A stretch of 20,528 nucleotides of DNA from a virus. Taxonomy: Duplodnaviria; Heunggongvirae; Uroviricota; Caudoviricetes. Location of the stretch: positions 1-20,528 of the IMG/VR virus record IMGVR_UViG_2778261537_000015; one strand, written 5' to 3'. Under the pieces are notes generated by a model, which was not told the DNA's origin, did not search any database, and saw only the letters and a list, made by a program, of their open reading frames with translations. How positions within the stretch are numbered: the stretch's first letter is position 1; each line of letters opens with the position of its first letter. A program made the position numbers and the translations under genes. Below are positions 1 to 6,795 of the stretch, piece by piece.

Positions 1-1248
1 ATGGCACTGAATATTCCATTCAGAAATGCGTACTATCGTTTTGCATCCAGTTACTCATTTCTCTTTTTTATTTCCTGGTCGCTGTGGTGGTCGTTATACG
101 CTATTTGGCTGAAAGGACATCTAGGGTTGACAGGGACGGAATTAGGTACACTTTATTCGGTCAACCAGTTTACCAGCATTCTATTTATGATGTTCTACGG
201 CATCGTTCAGGATAAACTCGGTCTGAAGAAACCGCTCATCTGGTGTATGAGTTTCATCCTGGTCTTGACCGGACCGTTTATGATTTACGTTTATGAACCG
301 TTACTGCAAAGCAATTTTTCTGTAGGTCTAATTCTGGGGGCGCTCTTTTTTGGCCTGGGGTATCTGGCGGGATGCGGTTTGCTTGACAGCTTCACCGAAA
401 AAATGGCGCGAAATTTTCATTTCGAATATGGAACAGCGCGCGCCTGGGGATCTTTTGGCTATGCTATTGGCGCGTTCTTTGCCGGCATATTTTTTAGTAT
501 CAGTCCCCATATCAACTTCTGGTTGGTCTCGCTATTTGGCGCTGTATTTATGATGATCAACATGTGTTTTAAAGATAAGGATCACCAGTGCGTAGCGGCG
601 GATGCGGGAGGGGTAAAAAAAGAGGATTTTATCGCAGTTTTCAAGGATCGAAACTTCTGGGTTTTCGTCATATTTATTGTGGGGACGTGGTCTTTCTATA
701 ACATTTTTGATCAACAACTTTTTCCTGTCTTTTATGCAGGTTTATTCGAATCACACGATGTAGGAACGCGCCTGTATGGTTATCTCAACTCATTCCAGGT
801 GGTACTCGAAGCGCTATGCATGGCGATTATTCCTTTCTTTGTGAATCGGGTAGGGCCAAAAAATGCATTACTTATCGGTGTTGTGATTATGGCGTTGCGT
901 ATCCTTTCCTGCGCGCTGTTCGTTAACCCCTGGATTATTTCATTAGTGAAGCTGTTACATGCTATTGAGGTTCCACTTTGTGTCATATCCGTCTTCAAAT
1001 ACAGCGAGGCAAATTTTGATAAGCGCCTGTCGTCGACGATCTTTCTGATTGGTTTTCAAATTGCCAGTTCGCTTGGGATTGTGCTGCTTTCAACGCCGAC
1101 TGGGATACTCTTTGACCACGCAGGCTACCAGACAGTTTTCTTCGCAATTTCGGGTATTGTCTGCCTGATGTTGCTATTTGGCATTTTCTTCTTGAGTAAA
1201 AAACGCGAGCAAATAGTTATGGAAACGCCTGTACCTTCAGCAATATAG
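1..1248 (+). CDS. cscB: LacY-family oligosaccharide:H+ symporter, sucrose permease CscB-like (415 aa); complete ORF starting at window base 1
   Basis: 415-aa ORF with multi-TM hydrophobic profile; LacY-family motifs (DQQLFPVFYAGLF, KNALLIGVVIMALRILS, LHAIEVPLCVISVFKY) align with LacY; N-terminus MALNIPFRNAYYRF matches my recollection of CscB; position beside argW fits the csc locus of sucrose-positive E. coli. Confidence 0.8.
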   Translation: MALNIPFRNAYYRFASSYSFLFFISWSLWWSLYAIWLKGHLGLTGTELGTLYSVNQFTSILFMMFYGIVQDKLGLKKPLIWCMSFILVLTGPFMIYVYEPLLQSNFSVGLILGALFFGLGYLAGCGLLDSFTEKMARNFHFEYGTARAWGSFGYAIGAFFAGIFFSISPHINFWLVSLFGAVFMMINMCFKDKDHQCVAADAGGVKKEDFIAVFKDRNFWVFVIFIVGTWSFYNIFDQQLFPVFYAGLFESHDVGTRLYGYLNSFQVVLEALCMAIIPFFVNRVGPKNALLIGVVIMALRILSCALFVNPWIISLVKLLHAIEVPLCVISVFKYSEANFDKRLSSTIFLIGFQIASSLGIVLLSTPTGILFDHAGYQTVFFAISGIVCLMLLFGIFFLSKKREQIVMETPVPSAI

Positions 1249-1256
1249 ACGTAAAC

Positions 1257-1300
1257 TTTTCCGGTTGTTGTCGATATCTCCCTATCCCTCAACCGGAAAA
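1257..1300. repeat. long inverted repeat / hairpin just downstream of cscB stop (TTTTCCGGTTG ... CAACCGGAAAA, ~22-nt loop)
   Basis: 11-bp perfect complementary arms read directly; no T-run on the + strand, so not a canonical intrinsic terminator. Confidence 0.4.
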
Positions 1301-1688
1301 TAATAATACTAAAGTGCTTAGCCCTGCTAATAATCACCTAATCCAAACGCCTCATTCATGTTCTGGTACAGTCGCTCAAATGTACTTCAGATGCGCGGTT
1401 CGCTGATTTCCAGGACATTGTCGTCATTCAGCGACCTGTCCCGTGTATCACGGTCCTGCGAATTCATCAAGGAATGCATTGCGGAGTGAAGTATCGAGTC
1501 ACGCCATATTTCGCTATCAGGATTCTGTGTGATGGTTACATCGCCCGGCCCAGGGCTGTTTAGTCATCAGCGCTTTCTGACAGTGCTGAGATTTCAACCT
1601 GTTGCAGTAAAAATGAGTAGATATAAGGCAAGTGTGCTGCCAAACCTATCTTTTACGGGGTGAAGGTAGATTTCGTTTGAAGGGTATC

Positions 1689-1703
1689 TGGTGTCCCCTG
1701 CAG
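1689..1703. repeat. distal attachment-site core copy (TGGTGTCCCCTGCAG), duplicate of the argW 3' acceptor end
   Basis: exact 15/15 match to 19446-19460; flanking bases differ on both sides. Confidence 0.8.
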
Positions 1704-1762
1704 ACATCTACTTGAGGCGGCAGGGGATTGATTGGAATGGTATTTTTTGGATGTGAAAAATA

Positions 1763-1782
1763 TTTTACCCGCTATTTTACCC
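1763..1782. promoter_or_regulatory. two direct TTTTACCC repeats (1763-1770, 1775-1782), candidate arm-type integrase/RDF binding sites; second copy overlaps the torI stop codon
   Basis: same 8-mer occurs four times (two per orientation) at the integrase-proximal end, 19285-19329. Confidence 0.5.
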
Positions 1783-1977
1783 ATTGGCGCGGCTTAAGAG
1801 CTTATTTTTGAATTCACAATGGTCACGATATAACCATCTTGCTCGCCCGTGGATAACTTTGGCTTTAGGCAGGTCTCCGGACTTAATCCGGTCATAGATG
1901 AAGGTTTTACCGAAGCCAGTATCGGCCATGATGAATTTCAAATCAACCAGTGAATCAGGTTGTAGTTCGTGTTGCAT
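1777..1977 (-). CDS. torI: TorI/AlpA-type excisionase (recombination directionality factor), 66 aa
   Basis: 66-aa ORF MQHELQPDSLVDLKFIMADTGFGKTFIYDRIKSGDLPKAKVIHGRARW..., an AlpA-family winged-helix pattern; GGAG RBS ~10 nt upstream of ATG; sits at the prophage end opposite the integrase, as torI does in K-12 KplE1. Confidence 0.75.
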   Translation of the reverse strand: MQHELQPDSLVDLKFIMADTGFGKTFIYDRIKSGDLPKAKVIHGRARWLYRDHCEFKNKLLSRANG

Positions 1978-1996
1978 GAGTGCTATCTCCGAATAG

Positions 1997-2012
1997 GGAA
2001 TCGAACCTGCAA
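1997..2012. other. 16-nt tRNA T-arm-like fragment GGAATCGAACCTGCAA, identical to argW positions 19461-19476 but not part of an intact tRNA
   Basis: 16/16 identity to the tRNA segment directly adjacent to the att core; identity stops on both sides and the flanks cannot form a T-stem. Confidence 0.6.
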
Positions 2013-2022
2013 ATCAGGCAAT

Positions 2023-2047
2023 AAAAAACCGCCATCAGGCGTTTTTG
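2023..2047. terminator. bidirectional intrinsic terminator (A-run, CGCC-ATCA-GGCG stem-loop, T-run)
   Basis: stem-loop flanked by AAAAAA and TTTTT read directly; overlaps the stop codon of the 55-aa minus-strand ORF. Confidence 0.55.
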
Positions 2048-2202
2048 TGTTCTTTCAGTTCTTCAATTCGAATATTGGTTACGTCTGCATGTGCTATCTG
2101 CGCCCATATCATCCAGTGGTTATAGCAGTCGTTGATGTCCTCTGCTTCGATAACTCTGTTGAATGGTTCTCCATTCCATTCACCTGTGACTCGGAAGTGC
2201 AT
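2035..2202 (-). CDS. hypothetical small protein, 55 aa (MHFRVTGEWNGEPFNRVIEAEDINDCYNHWMIWAQIAHADVTNIRIEELKEHKNA)
   Basis: ATG preceded by GGAG at 7-nt spacing; ends in the terminator hairpin; missing from the supplied ORF track (under 60 aa). Confidence 0.45.
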   Translation of the reverse strand: MHFRVTGEWNGEPFNRVIEAEDINDCYNHWMIWAQIAHADVTNIRIEELKEHKNA

Positions 2203-2274
2203 TTATCATCTCCATAAAACAAAACTCGCCGTAGCGAGTTCAGATAAAAGAAATCCCCGCGAGTGCGAGGATTG

Positions 2275-2559
2275 TTATTCATTGCCGATATTTACCTTTA
2301 TCGCGAACACCTTTACCGGTTTATCGCCGAAGTGCAGATGTGTGATTGTCTTGATTTCATATCCGTCATACGGAACATCAATTCTGCGGCTGGAGTCGTC
2401 GCGCTTCGGATATCCCTTTGTGATAATCAGGCGGTCATACTCCCGGAACATAATTCGCTTATTCCAATAGTCATTACACAGGCGATACTCTTCCGTTTTC
2501 TCCCCGCGAATCATGGCATCGAAGTATTCACCTTTGACAGCAAGTTGCAGGTTAGCCAC
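2275..2559 (-). CDS. ASCH (PUA-like) domain protein, 94 aa
   Basis: GTG start with strong RBS AAGGAGG 7 nt upstream; contains the ASCH signature GxKxxExR (GEKTEEYR); overlaps the upstream gene by 8 nt. Confidence 0.6.
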   Translation of the reverse strand: MANLQLAVKGEYFDAMIRGEKTEEYRLCNDYWNKRIMFREYDRLIITKGYPKRDDSSRRIDVPYDGYEIKTITHLHFGDKPVKVFAIKVNIGNE

Positions 2560-2836
2560 GACCTTCCTCCTTTGGCTTGTGAATTTGTATCGTCATGCCG
2601 CTTTGAGTGGTGACTACAACGACAGAACCAGGCTGAAGACTGTTAAGATTGAATGCTTCGTAAAACGAATCCAATGCCAGTGCTTTTTTATTCTTTCGGT
2701 TCAACCAACGCCATCCCCTGCTACAGGCTACACTGACAATCCACTGTCCACTCCTGTAAGCCATATAAAACCAGATGAGCAAAACCTGAAGGAAGGCCAT
2801 CCAGTCAATAATTGTATATTTTGCGAGGGAGTCCAT
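2552..2836 (-). CDS. hypothetical small membrane protein, 94 aa, one N-terminal TM helix
   Basis: ATG overlaps the upstream stop (TAATG); RBS AGGAGGTGAAG; hydrophobic stretch IIDWMAFLQVLLIWFYMAY. Confidence 0.5.
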   Translation of the reverse strand: MDSLAKYTIIDWMAFLQVLLIWFYMAYRSGQWIVSVACSRGWRWLNRKNKKALALDSFYEAFNLNSLQPGSVVVVTTQSGMTIQIHKPKEEGRG

Positions 2837-3555
2837 TACTTCACCTCCTGCGGCGGTTCTGGTAGCGGCATCCAGTGAGTTGCCTGCTCAATACCATTAC
2901 CCGGCTTAATCGTTGCTTCTCCTCGCCGGAATGTGCTTCCTGTATAGCGTGCGGAGCATATTAGCGGTTCAACCAGAGAGCTATCGAAATTCACCGAAAT
3001 AAGCACGTTCTGGTTCTTTTCAGGCATCCGCTCACTACAGCTTATCCAACCATCCGGAGTTGCCGGAGAGTTGCACGATGGCTCGTTCAACTTGCAAGTT
3101 TGGCTTACAGGTTCGGCTTCCAGTTCTGCTATGCGCTTTTCTGAGGCTTCAAGTAACGCCTGCTTATCGCGTAGCGCTTCTTCCAGTTCAGCAACATGGC
3201 ATTCACTATCAATAAGGTTGTTCTCTGCTGCTTCCAGCTCAACACGCAGCTTCCCTACCGTTAGTGCAATATCCTCGTTCTCCTGGTCGCGGCGTTTGAT
3301 GTATTGCTGGTTTCTTTCCCGTTCATCCAGCAGCGCCTGCACTACTTCAGGGTTGAAAGCTGCGATATAACGAGCGTTGTTCTCTGCATTTTTCTGTCCA
3401 TCAAAGCCGGTCCATTTGATAACGTCTTCACATCGTTTATCACCGGGCGTATGCACCGCATACGTACCAGTACCCGGCGAAATAAATGCGACCCATTCGC
3501 TTTGTGTTGCCTGTTTTGCTATCTCACGCAGTGCCTGATAGTCAATCTTGCTCAC
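2836..3555 (-). CDS. prophage Ea22-like protein with central coiled coil and C-terminal DUF551-like domain, 239 aa
   Basis: GTG start with AAGGAGG RBS; N-terminus MSKIDYQALREIAKQAT typical of Ead/Ea22-like prophage proteins; heptad-rich acidic middle; C-terminal ...HWMPLPEPP motif recalled for DUF551. Confidence 0.6.
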   Translation of the reverse strand: MSKIDYQALREIAKQATQSEWVAFISPGTGTYAVHTPGDKRCEDVIKWTGFDGQKNAENNARYIAAFNPEVVQALLDERERNQQYIKRRDQENEDIALTVGKLRVELEAAENNLIDSECHVAELEEALRDKQALLEASEKRIAELEAEPVSQTCKLNEPSCNSPATPDGWISCSERMPEKNQNVLISVNFDSSLVEPLICSARYTGSTFRRGEATIKPGNGIEQATHWMPLPEPPQEVK

Positions 3556-3724
3556 TGGTTGCCTCCTTTGCGAAGCTCTGCGGCGAACTCGTTAAGTGAT
3601 ATGTAGCAATATCCAAATGTTAACGAACCGCTCGACTGCATAACGGGGAGCAATGGCTTGTTGTTGAGCCAATAGAGTTGTGGCCTGACTGGTGCCGGCT
3701 GATTGCTGTATTGCAGGTAAGCCC
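3556..3724. promoter_or_regulatory. divergent intergenic region between the leftward operon and the rightward tail operon; promoters not mapped
   Basis: 169-bp non-coding gap between divergently oriented first genes, each with its own RBS. Confidence 0.35.
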
Positions 3725-4240
3725 ATGAATGATTTCACTGTCGATAATATTATCGATGTACTTGCTGGCTACATAGAACCTATCGCTGGTAAATGCCTGC
3801 AGGCTCAGGCTAACCGTGTACCAATGCCCAAAGATCAGTTCTGTATCCTGACCCCTTTGCGATTCACCAGACTATCCACGACGAGAGAGCTTAAGCAAGA
3901 TACCGGCTCTCCGGACACAAGCACCATGGGATATACGGAAGTTCGCCAGGCTGATATTCAGGTAGATATCTATGGTCAGGGGGCAGGGGATAGAGCTATT
4001 GCACTGGAAACAACATTCACCAGTGGATATGGCTACGACATCATCAAGGCTATTGATGCACGGCTTGCGCCGCTTTACTCATCTCCTGCCATTCAGGCGC
4101 CGATGATCAACGCCGAGAGTCAGTGGCAGGAGCGTTACACGTTAACTCTTTCCCTGCAAGCACACATCACCGTGTCGTTCCAGCAGGACTATTTCGACAA
4201 AGCAGAAATTTCAACTGAACAGGTGGATAACCGCCCATGA
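3725..4240 (+). CDS. tail-module protein preceding the sheath gene (possible tail completion/terminator protein), 171 aa
   Basis: ATG 3725 with AGGT upstream (track ORF begins at an upstream GTG); stop overlaps the next start (ATGA); function inferred from position only. Confidence 0.4.
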   Translation: MNDFTVDNIIDVLAGYIEPIAGKCLQAQANRVPMPKDQFCILTPLRFTRLSTTRELKQDTGSPDTSTMGYTEVRQADIQVDIYGQGAGDRAIALETTFTSGYGYDIIKAIDARLAPLYSSPAIQAPMINAESQWQERYTLTLSLQAHITVSFQQDYFDKAEISTEQVDNRP

Positions 4241-5727
4241 GCACAATCCCTTTATCTGTAGATTTTAATATCACGCCCAATGTCGTTACGCCTGCCGGTT
4301 CTGCGGTTGATGCTAACGGCCTGATGTTGACCGATAACGAGCTTATCCCGGTTGGCGCGGTACAATCTTATTACTCCTCATCTGATGTATCAGCTTTGAT
4401 GGGGAGTGAATCGAAAGAATTCCTCGCAGCACAACAGTATTTTAACGGATACGAAAATTCATCAGTTATTCCTGGTGAACTACTGATGTATCGTATTGTT
4501 ACTTCACCAGTGGCTGGGCATCTTCTGTCCGGCAACCTGAAAGGTGTTACCCTAGCAACACTGAAAGCTATTCCAGCAGGAACAATCACCCTTTCCATTG
4601 ACGGTGAGTCGACTACCAGCACATCAATTGATTTGTCCACAGCCACAAGTTTTAGTGATATTGCGTCCAAGTTGCAGGTTGGAATTGGTGAAAGCAAGGT
4701 GGTGGTTGAATGGTTGCCAATCGCTAACCGATTCATCATTCGCTCTGCCACTACTGGCGCAGAGAGTGAAGTGTCTTATGCCTCTGCTGGCGCTCTGGCT
4801 GCCGGGTTATTACTGACGCAGGATTCCGCAGCGATTGTATCACCGGGTTCTGATGCGGTAACGCTGACAGATACGATGAATAACATCATCAACGGCAACC
4901 AGAACTGGATCCTGTTTAACTCGCTGGTCGAACTGACCGATGACCAGAAAACAGAATTGTGCGCATGGGCAAGCAGCAGTAAAAACCGGTTTGGATATGT
5001 TGTTCACGACACCACTTCAGCAGGAACGGTAGCCAATAATGCCAATTGCTTTGTGCAGAAAGTGGTTGTGGCAAATGGCTACGAGAACATTTTTCCGGTG
5101 TACGGAACATACCTGTATAGCGTTACAGCACTGGCATATGCTGCATCCGTGGATTTTGCACGCACCAATGGGCGTATCTCGTTCAAGTTCCGTGGATTTT
5201 CAGGGTTAGCACCCAACGTAAGCGATCTGGCGACCGCTAAGGCACTGAAGTCAAACGGTTACAACTTCTACGGCTCATACAGCCTGAACAAAACAATGGC
5301 GCAGTACGCATCTGATGGTGCCATTACTGGCAAGTTTGTATGGCTGGACAGTTTTATTAATCAGGTATGGATTAATGCCAATCTGGTTAGTGCTTTTGCC
5401 AACCTGTTCACCAATAACCAGTCTTACCCGTTCAATGAGACAGGATACGGCGCAGTTTCTGCTGCTGTTATTGATGTTTCTGAACAGGCTCTCAATTTCG
5501 GGGCTATTCAGCGTGGCGTGAAACTTGATAATGCGCAAACCAGAATTGTGAATAACACAGTTGGAAAAGATATCTCATCGACGCTGTATTCACAGGGCTG
5601 GTTCCTGTACATCCCGACACAGTCAGGCTCTGCACGCATTGAGCGAGATCTGAAAGGTGTCATTTTTTATTATGTCGATGGGCAACTTATTCAGTCCATC
5701 ACGATGTCCTCAACCGCGATTTTATAA
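4237..5727 (+). CDS. putative contractile tail sheath protein, 496 aa
   Basis: large ORF directly followed by a ~145-aa tube-sized ORF, a frameshifted chaperone pair and a tape measure gene; call based on size and synteny, not a recognised motif. Confidence 0.55.
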   Translation: MSTIPLSVDFNITPNVVTPAGSAVDANGLMLTDNELIPVGAVQSYYSSSDVSALMGSESKEFLAAQQYFNGYENSSVIPGELLMYRIVTSPVAGHLLSGNLKGVTLATLKAIPAGTITLSIDGESTTSTSIDLSTATSFSDIASKLQVGIGESKVVVEWLPIANRFIIRSATTGAESEVSYASAGALAAGLLLTQDSAAIVSPGSDAVTLTDTMNNIINGNQNWILFNSLVELTDDQKTELCAWASSSKNRFGYVVHDTTSAGTVANNANCFVQKVVVANGYENIFPVYGTYLYSVTALAYAASVDFARTNGRISFKFRGFSGLAPNVSDLATAKALKSNGYNFYGSYSLNKTMAQYASDGAITGKFVWLDSFINQVWINANLVSAFANLFTNNQSYPFNETGYGAVSAAVIDVSEQALNFGAIQRGVKLDNAQTRIVNNTVGKDISSTLYSQGWFLYIPTQSGSARIERDLKGVIFYYVDGQLIQSITMSSTAIL

Positions 5728-5738
5728 GGGAATAAATC

Positions 5739-6173
5739 ATGCCTATCGATATTACCTCGGCAAACAGTAAGCTGCGAATCGTCGTACCCGCTTACTACCC
5801 TGGCGGTTTTGATGTTGACGACTACGCAGCTGATAACATGTTTGAAACTGGTGCGTTACAGAACAAAGAAGACATGATGTCAGCGGACGGTAAATACCAT
5901 GCTGGTTTTATCTTTAACCCGACAGAGTTCACCATCAACCTGATGCCCACATCCAATGCTGGCTCGCTGATTGATGACTGGTATGCAGCGGAGAGAACCG
6001 CAATTTCAGCGTTTCAGTGTAATGCGGTGCTTACAGTTCCGGCTCTCGGCGCGAAATGGAATTTTGTGAACGGGGTTCTTTATACATGGACTCCAACCCC
6101 TCCGGGTCGGCGCGTACTGCAACCACGCCCGGCAGTATTTCACTTTGAGTCTGTAACACGGAGCACTATCTGA
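5739..6173 (+). CDS. putative tail tube protein, 144 aa
   Basis: RBS AAGGGA; size and position between sheath and chaperone genes. Confidence 0.5.
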   Translation: MPIDITSANSKLRIVVPAYYPGGFDVDDYAADNMFETGALQNKEDMMSADGKYHAGFIFNPTEFTINLMPTSNAGSLIDDWYAAERTAISAFQCNAVLTVPALGAKWNFVNGVLYTWTPTPPGRRVLQPRPAVFHFESVTRSTI

Positions 6174-6580
6174 TGGCACGTAAAGAAATCCCCTTTATCG
6201 TGGAAGACGATAATCGCGACAATGGGAAAGAGTTCATTATCACAGAGATGTCGGCATGGGATGCCGACGAACTGGCACAGGATTTATTCCGCTCCATGGG
6301 GGAATCGGGATTCTCTGGTATTCCTGCTGATGTGATTGCCATGGGGTGTGCTGGCCTTGCCACCCTTGGTCTGAATGTTCTTTCTGCCGCATCGCCGGAA
6401 GTCGCCAGAAAACTTCGTGATCGCCTGATGTCAACTGTGCAAATTGTGATTACACACGAAGGCAGCAGACAGGTGCGAACCGTGAAGCCTGTCGACTTTG
6501 AAGAGCTATCAACCATTCGTCAGGTAATGGATAAGGTATTTAAAGTCAATTTTGATTTTTTAACGATCGCCGGAGAGTGA
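6173..6580 (+). CDS. tail assembly chaperone, 135 aa (0-frame product)
   Basis: located between tube and tape measure genes; slippery heptamer T_TTT_TTA near its 3' end. Confidence 0.55.
   Translation: MARKEIPFIVEDDNRDNGKEFIITEMSAWDADELAQDLFRSMGESGFSGIPADVIAMGCAGLATLGLNVLSAASPEVARKLRDRLMSTVQIVITHEGSRQVRTVKPVDFEELSTIRQVMDKVFKVNFDFLTIAGE
6556..6562 (+). other. candidate -1 programmed ribosomal frameshift site (T TTT TTA) for the tail chaperone
   Basis: heptamer is in X_XXY_YYZ register with the 6173-6580 frame; the -1 frame is the open 6577-6795 frame that runs to the tape measure start. Confidence 0.55.
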
Positions 6581-6795
6581 AGTACCCGTTCATGGAGGAG
6601 GAGACTCTTCCGGCAAAACTCGTTAGCCCCGTAAACGTCACACCATCAATGAACGCCATTATCTGTTCAGGAAAAGCCACTTATACCGATTTGCAGGAAA
6701 GGTTATCTGTTCGTGATATGTATAACCTTCTGGAAATTATCTCGGTGGAATCATTTAACAAGCGGGTCTGGAATAAACATCAGGAGCAGCGATGA
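6577..6795 (+). CDS. -1 frame extension of the tail assembly chaperone (frameshift product C-terminal part)
   Basis: overlapping ORF in the -1 frame without a convincing own RBS; ends in ATGA overlap with the tape measure start. Confidence 0.5.
   Translation: MKYPFMEEETLPAKLVSPVNVTPSMNAIICSGKATYTDLQERLSVRDMYNLLEIISVESFNKRVWNKHQEQR

Noticed and set aside
328..998. Small ORFs overlapping cscB on both strands
   Set aside because: Lie inside a well-supported 415-aa transporter CDS
1257..1300. Hairpin after cscB as a rho-independent terminator
   Set aside because: No T-run follows the stem on the coding strand and the loop is long; kept only as an inverted repeat
1358..1489. 43-aa plus-strand ORF in the cscB-att junction (and a 26-aa minus-strand fragment)
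   Set aside because: No RBS, very short, no recognisable features; possibly gene remnants but unsupported
1997..2012. Possibility of a second intact tRNA gene
   Set aside because: Only 16 nt match argW; flanks cannot form T-stem or acceptor stem, so it is a fragment, reported as such
1969..2613. Plus-strand ORFs 1969-2217, 2132-2470, 2263-2613
   Set aside because: They overlap minus-strand genes that have clear RBSs and coupling; their translations are low-complexity
2552..2836. 94-aa membrane protein as a holin of a lysis cassette
   Set aside because: No adjacent endolysin or spanin candidates and no dual-start motif; single TM alone is insufficient
3071..3606. Serine-rich plus-strand ORFs 3071-3370 and 3304-3606
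   Set aside because: Antisense to the Ea22/DUF551-like gene; composition typical of antisense frames
4371..4751. 126-aa minus-strand ORF (and similar 4598-4816, 4916-5110, 5275-5538)
   Set aside because: Embedded in the putative sheath gene on the opposite strand or in an alternative frame; no independent support
6166..6516. 116-aa minus-strand ORF
   Set aside because: Antisense to the tail chaperone gene; likely spurious
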